A stretch of DNA of 63,965 nt, filler included, from Octopus bimaculoides (Eukaryota), in NCBI RefSeq assembly GCF_001194135.2. It is 7 parts of 7 records of this genome, joined end to end, with 100 filler letters (N's around TTAATTAATTAA, not from the genome) between each part and the next. Parts side by side here need not be neighbours in the genome. Positions count along the whole stretch, not along the records: positions 62,636 to 63,965 come from NC_068987.1; 6 more parts are not named here. One strand, written 5' to 3'. Under the pieces are notes generated by a model. It ran no database searches, was not told the DNA's origin, and saw only the letters and a list, made by a program, of their open reading frames with translations. Position 1 is the first letter of the stretch, and each line of letters opens with the position of its first letter. Shown piece by piece: positions 62,856 to 63,965 of the stretch. The position numbers and the translations under genes were made by a program.

Positions 62856-63011
62856 TGCATGGATGGCTTAGTTAAATAGATGAATAGATGGAAGGTAGAA
62901 ATCGGTAAAATAAAGTACCAGTCAAGTTCCGGAGCCGGTGGTATCAACTAACGCCCTCTGTTAGAAATTAGTTACATAATCGTTAGCATGCCTTAAAAAA
63001 TGCTTAGCGGC

Positions 63012-63696
63012 AAAACGGTTCTGCTTGCACTCGTTCAGTGTCCGGGCATTACTGACCTGTAGAGTTATGTCGAACAGCTACTCTCGCATGGAGGACAGAT
63101 CCGTCTGTCATCCTAGTCCAAAATGATGATTGCCCCACTGCCCTCCTTTAATCGGGCTGGAAAGGTAGTTTTCCTTTGTCTGGTGGCTGTGATGAAAGAA
63201 GTTATCTGGTGGACGAGGCTGAAACGAACGGGAACAGAAACTTTCCTTTTTCATAAAGCACTCATCAACTTTTTCAAGTTTCACTTGAAAAATAAAGTGA
63301 GAGTGGAGAGGGAGGCACTGTCCTCGAGTGAATTTATGAAAAGGTGGGTGAAAGTTGCAAAAATAGGAAGAGTGGATGGTACCACTCTCAGTGTAGACCT
63401 GGAAATCGGAAGAAAGAAGTTGGAGTGAACTCTCGTCCTTGGTACTCAGGGTAATCTTGGATGGTTGGGTTCCTTGATTATCCCTAGAGGTCCTCCTGAA
63501 TCAGGGTATCCCCCATCACGATCCTTTTTTTTTTGCGTTCACTCTTTTTCTAGTGTCATATACTATATAAACTTTCCTTCCAATGTATACTGTGTATACT
63601 TTTTATTTTATCATTCCATTATATGTAAACCCCCACACTTTATGTCTGTCTTTGTATTGTCCCTTCATCCTTCACCCTGGTGGCAAATAATAGAAA

Positions 63697-63764
<68 letters not shown>

Positions 63765-63765
63765 T
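63012..63765 (+). mobile_element. Tx1/L1-like LINE 3' end: zinc-knuckle end, ORF2 C-terminus, 3' UTR and (ATT)n tail
   Basis: KTVLLALVQCPGITDL*SYVEQLLS (cf. ETV.HAL..CP...LW) in frame with the 63123-63428 ORF ...KEVIWWTRLK...FMKRWVK; tail 63697-63765. Confidence 0.8.
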
Positions 63766-63965
63766 TATGTTTGACTTTTGTTTTGCATTTGTACAAGTTG
63801 GATCCAAGTCTCACCCAGAGACCTCAAGAGACAACAAGTTAGAAGTTCATGTAGGTGTTATGCCTAGGGTACCATATATTTGGATTTGTACAGTTTTGTT
63901 CAAGTGAATGTTTAAGAAACCATAAGAATATTATGTGTTTGCTTTAAAATTTGAGATCACATAGA

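Overview
AT-rich, microsatellite-saturated eukaryotic (animal) scaffold with many N gaps. The repeat families and the dense (TA)n/(CA)n/(AG)n/(TAGA)n tracts are most consistent with an octopus/cephalopod draft genome (inference from recognised repeat families, no search run). Most of the window is transposon debris. Retroelements: a composite tRNA-derived SINE, RTE, R4/Dong, Tx1/L1 and CR1-like LINE relics, and Penelope-like ends with hammerhead-ribozyme-like cores. DNA elements: mariner, Merlin, hAT and Helitron relics plus several TIR-bounded MITEs. Nearly all ORFs in the supplied track are artefacts of microsatellites or N runs. Reading splice signals by hand gives one coherent, unrecognised 3-exon minus-strand coding gene (52352->50514, 134 aa). 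It also gives weaker plus-strand exons (27149-27202, 28780-28877) inside a ~17 kb CpG-depleted domain. The most interesting items are: (i) minimal dimer-type hammerhead-like motifs, with one sibling repeat copy starting exactly at the predicted cleavage site; (ii) the orphan gene; (iii) an apparently complete non-autonomous Helitron carrying an internal duplication and a probable captured hAT fragment; (iv) a fold-back mariner. No CRISPR, rRNA or bona fide tRNA genes were seen. All alignments and identities are by eye.
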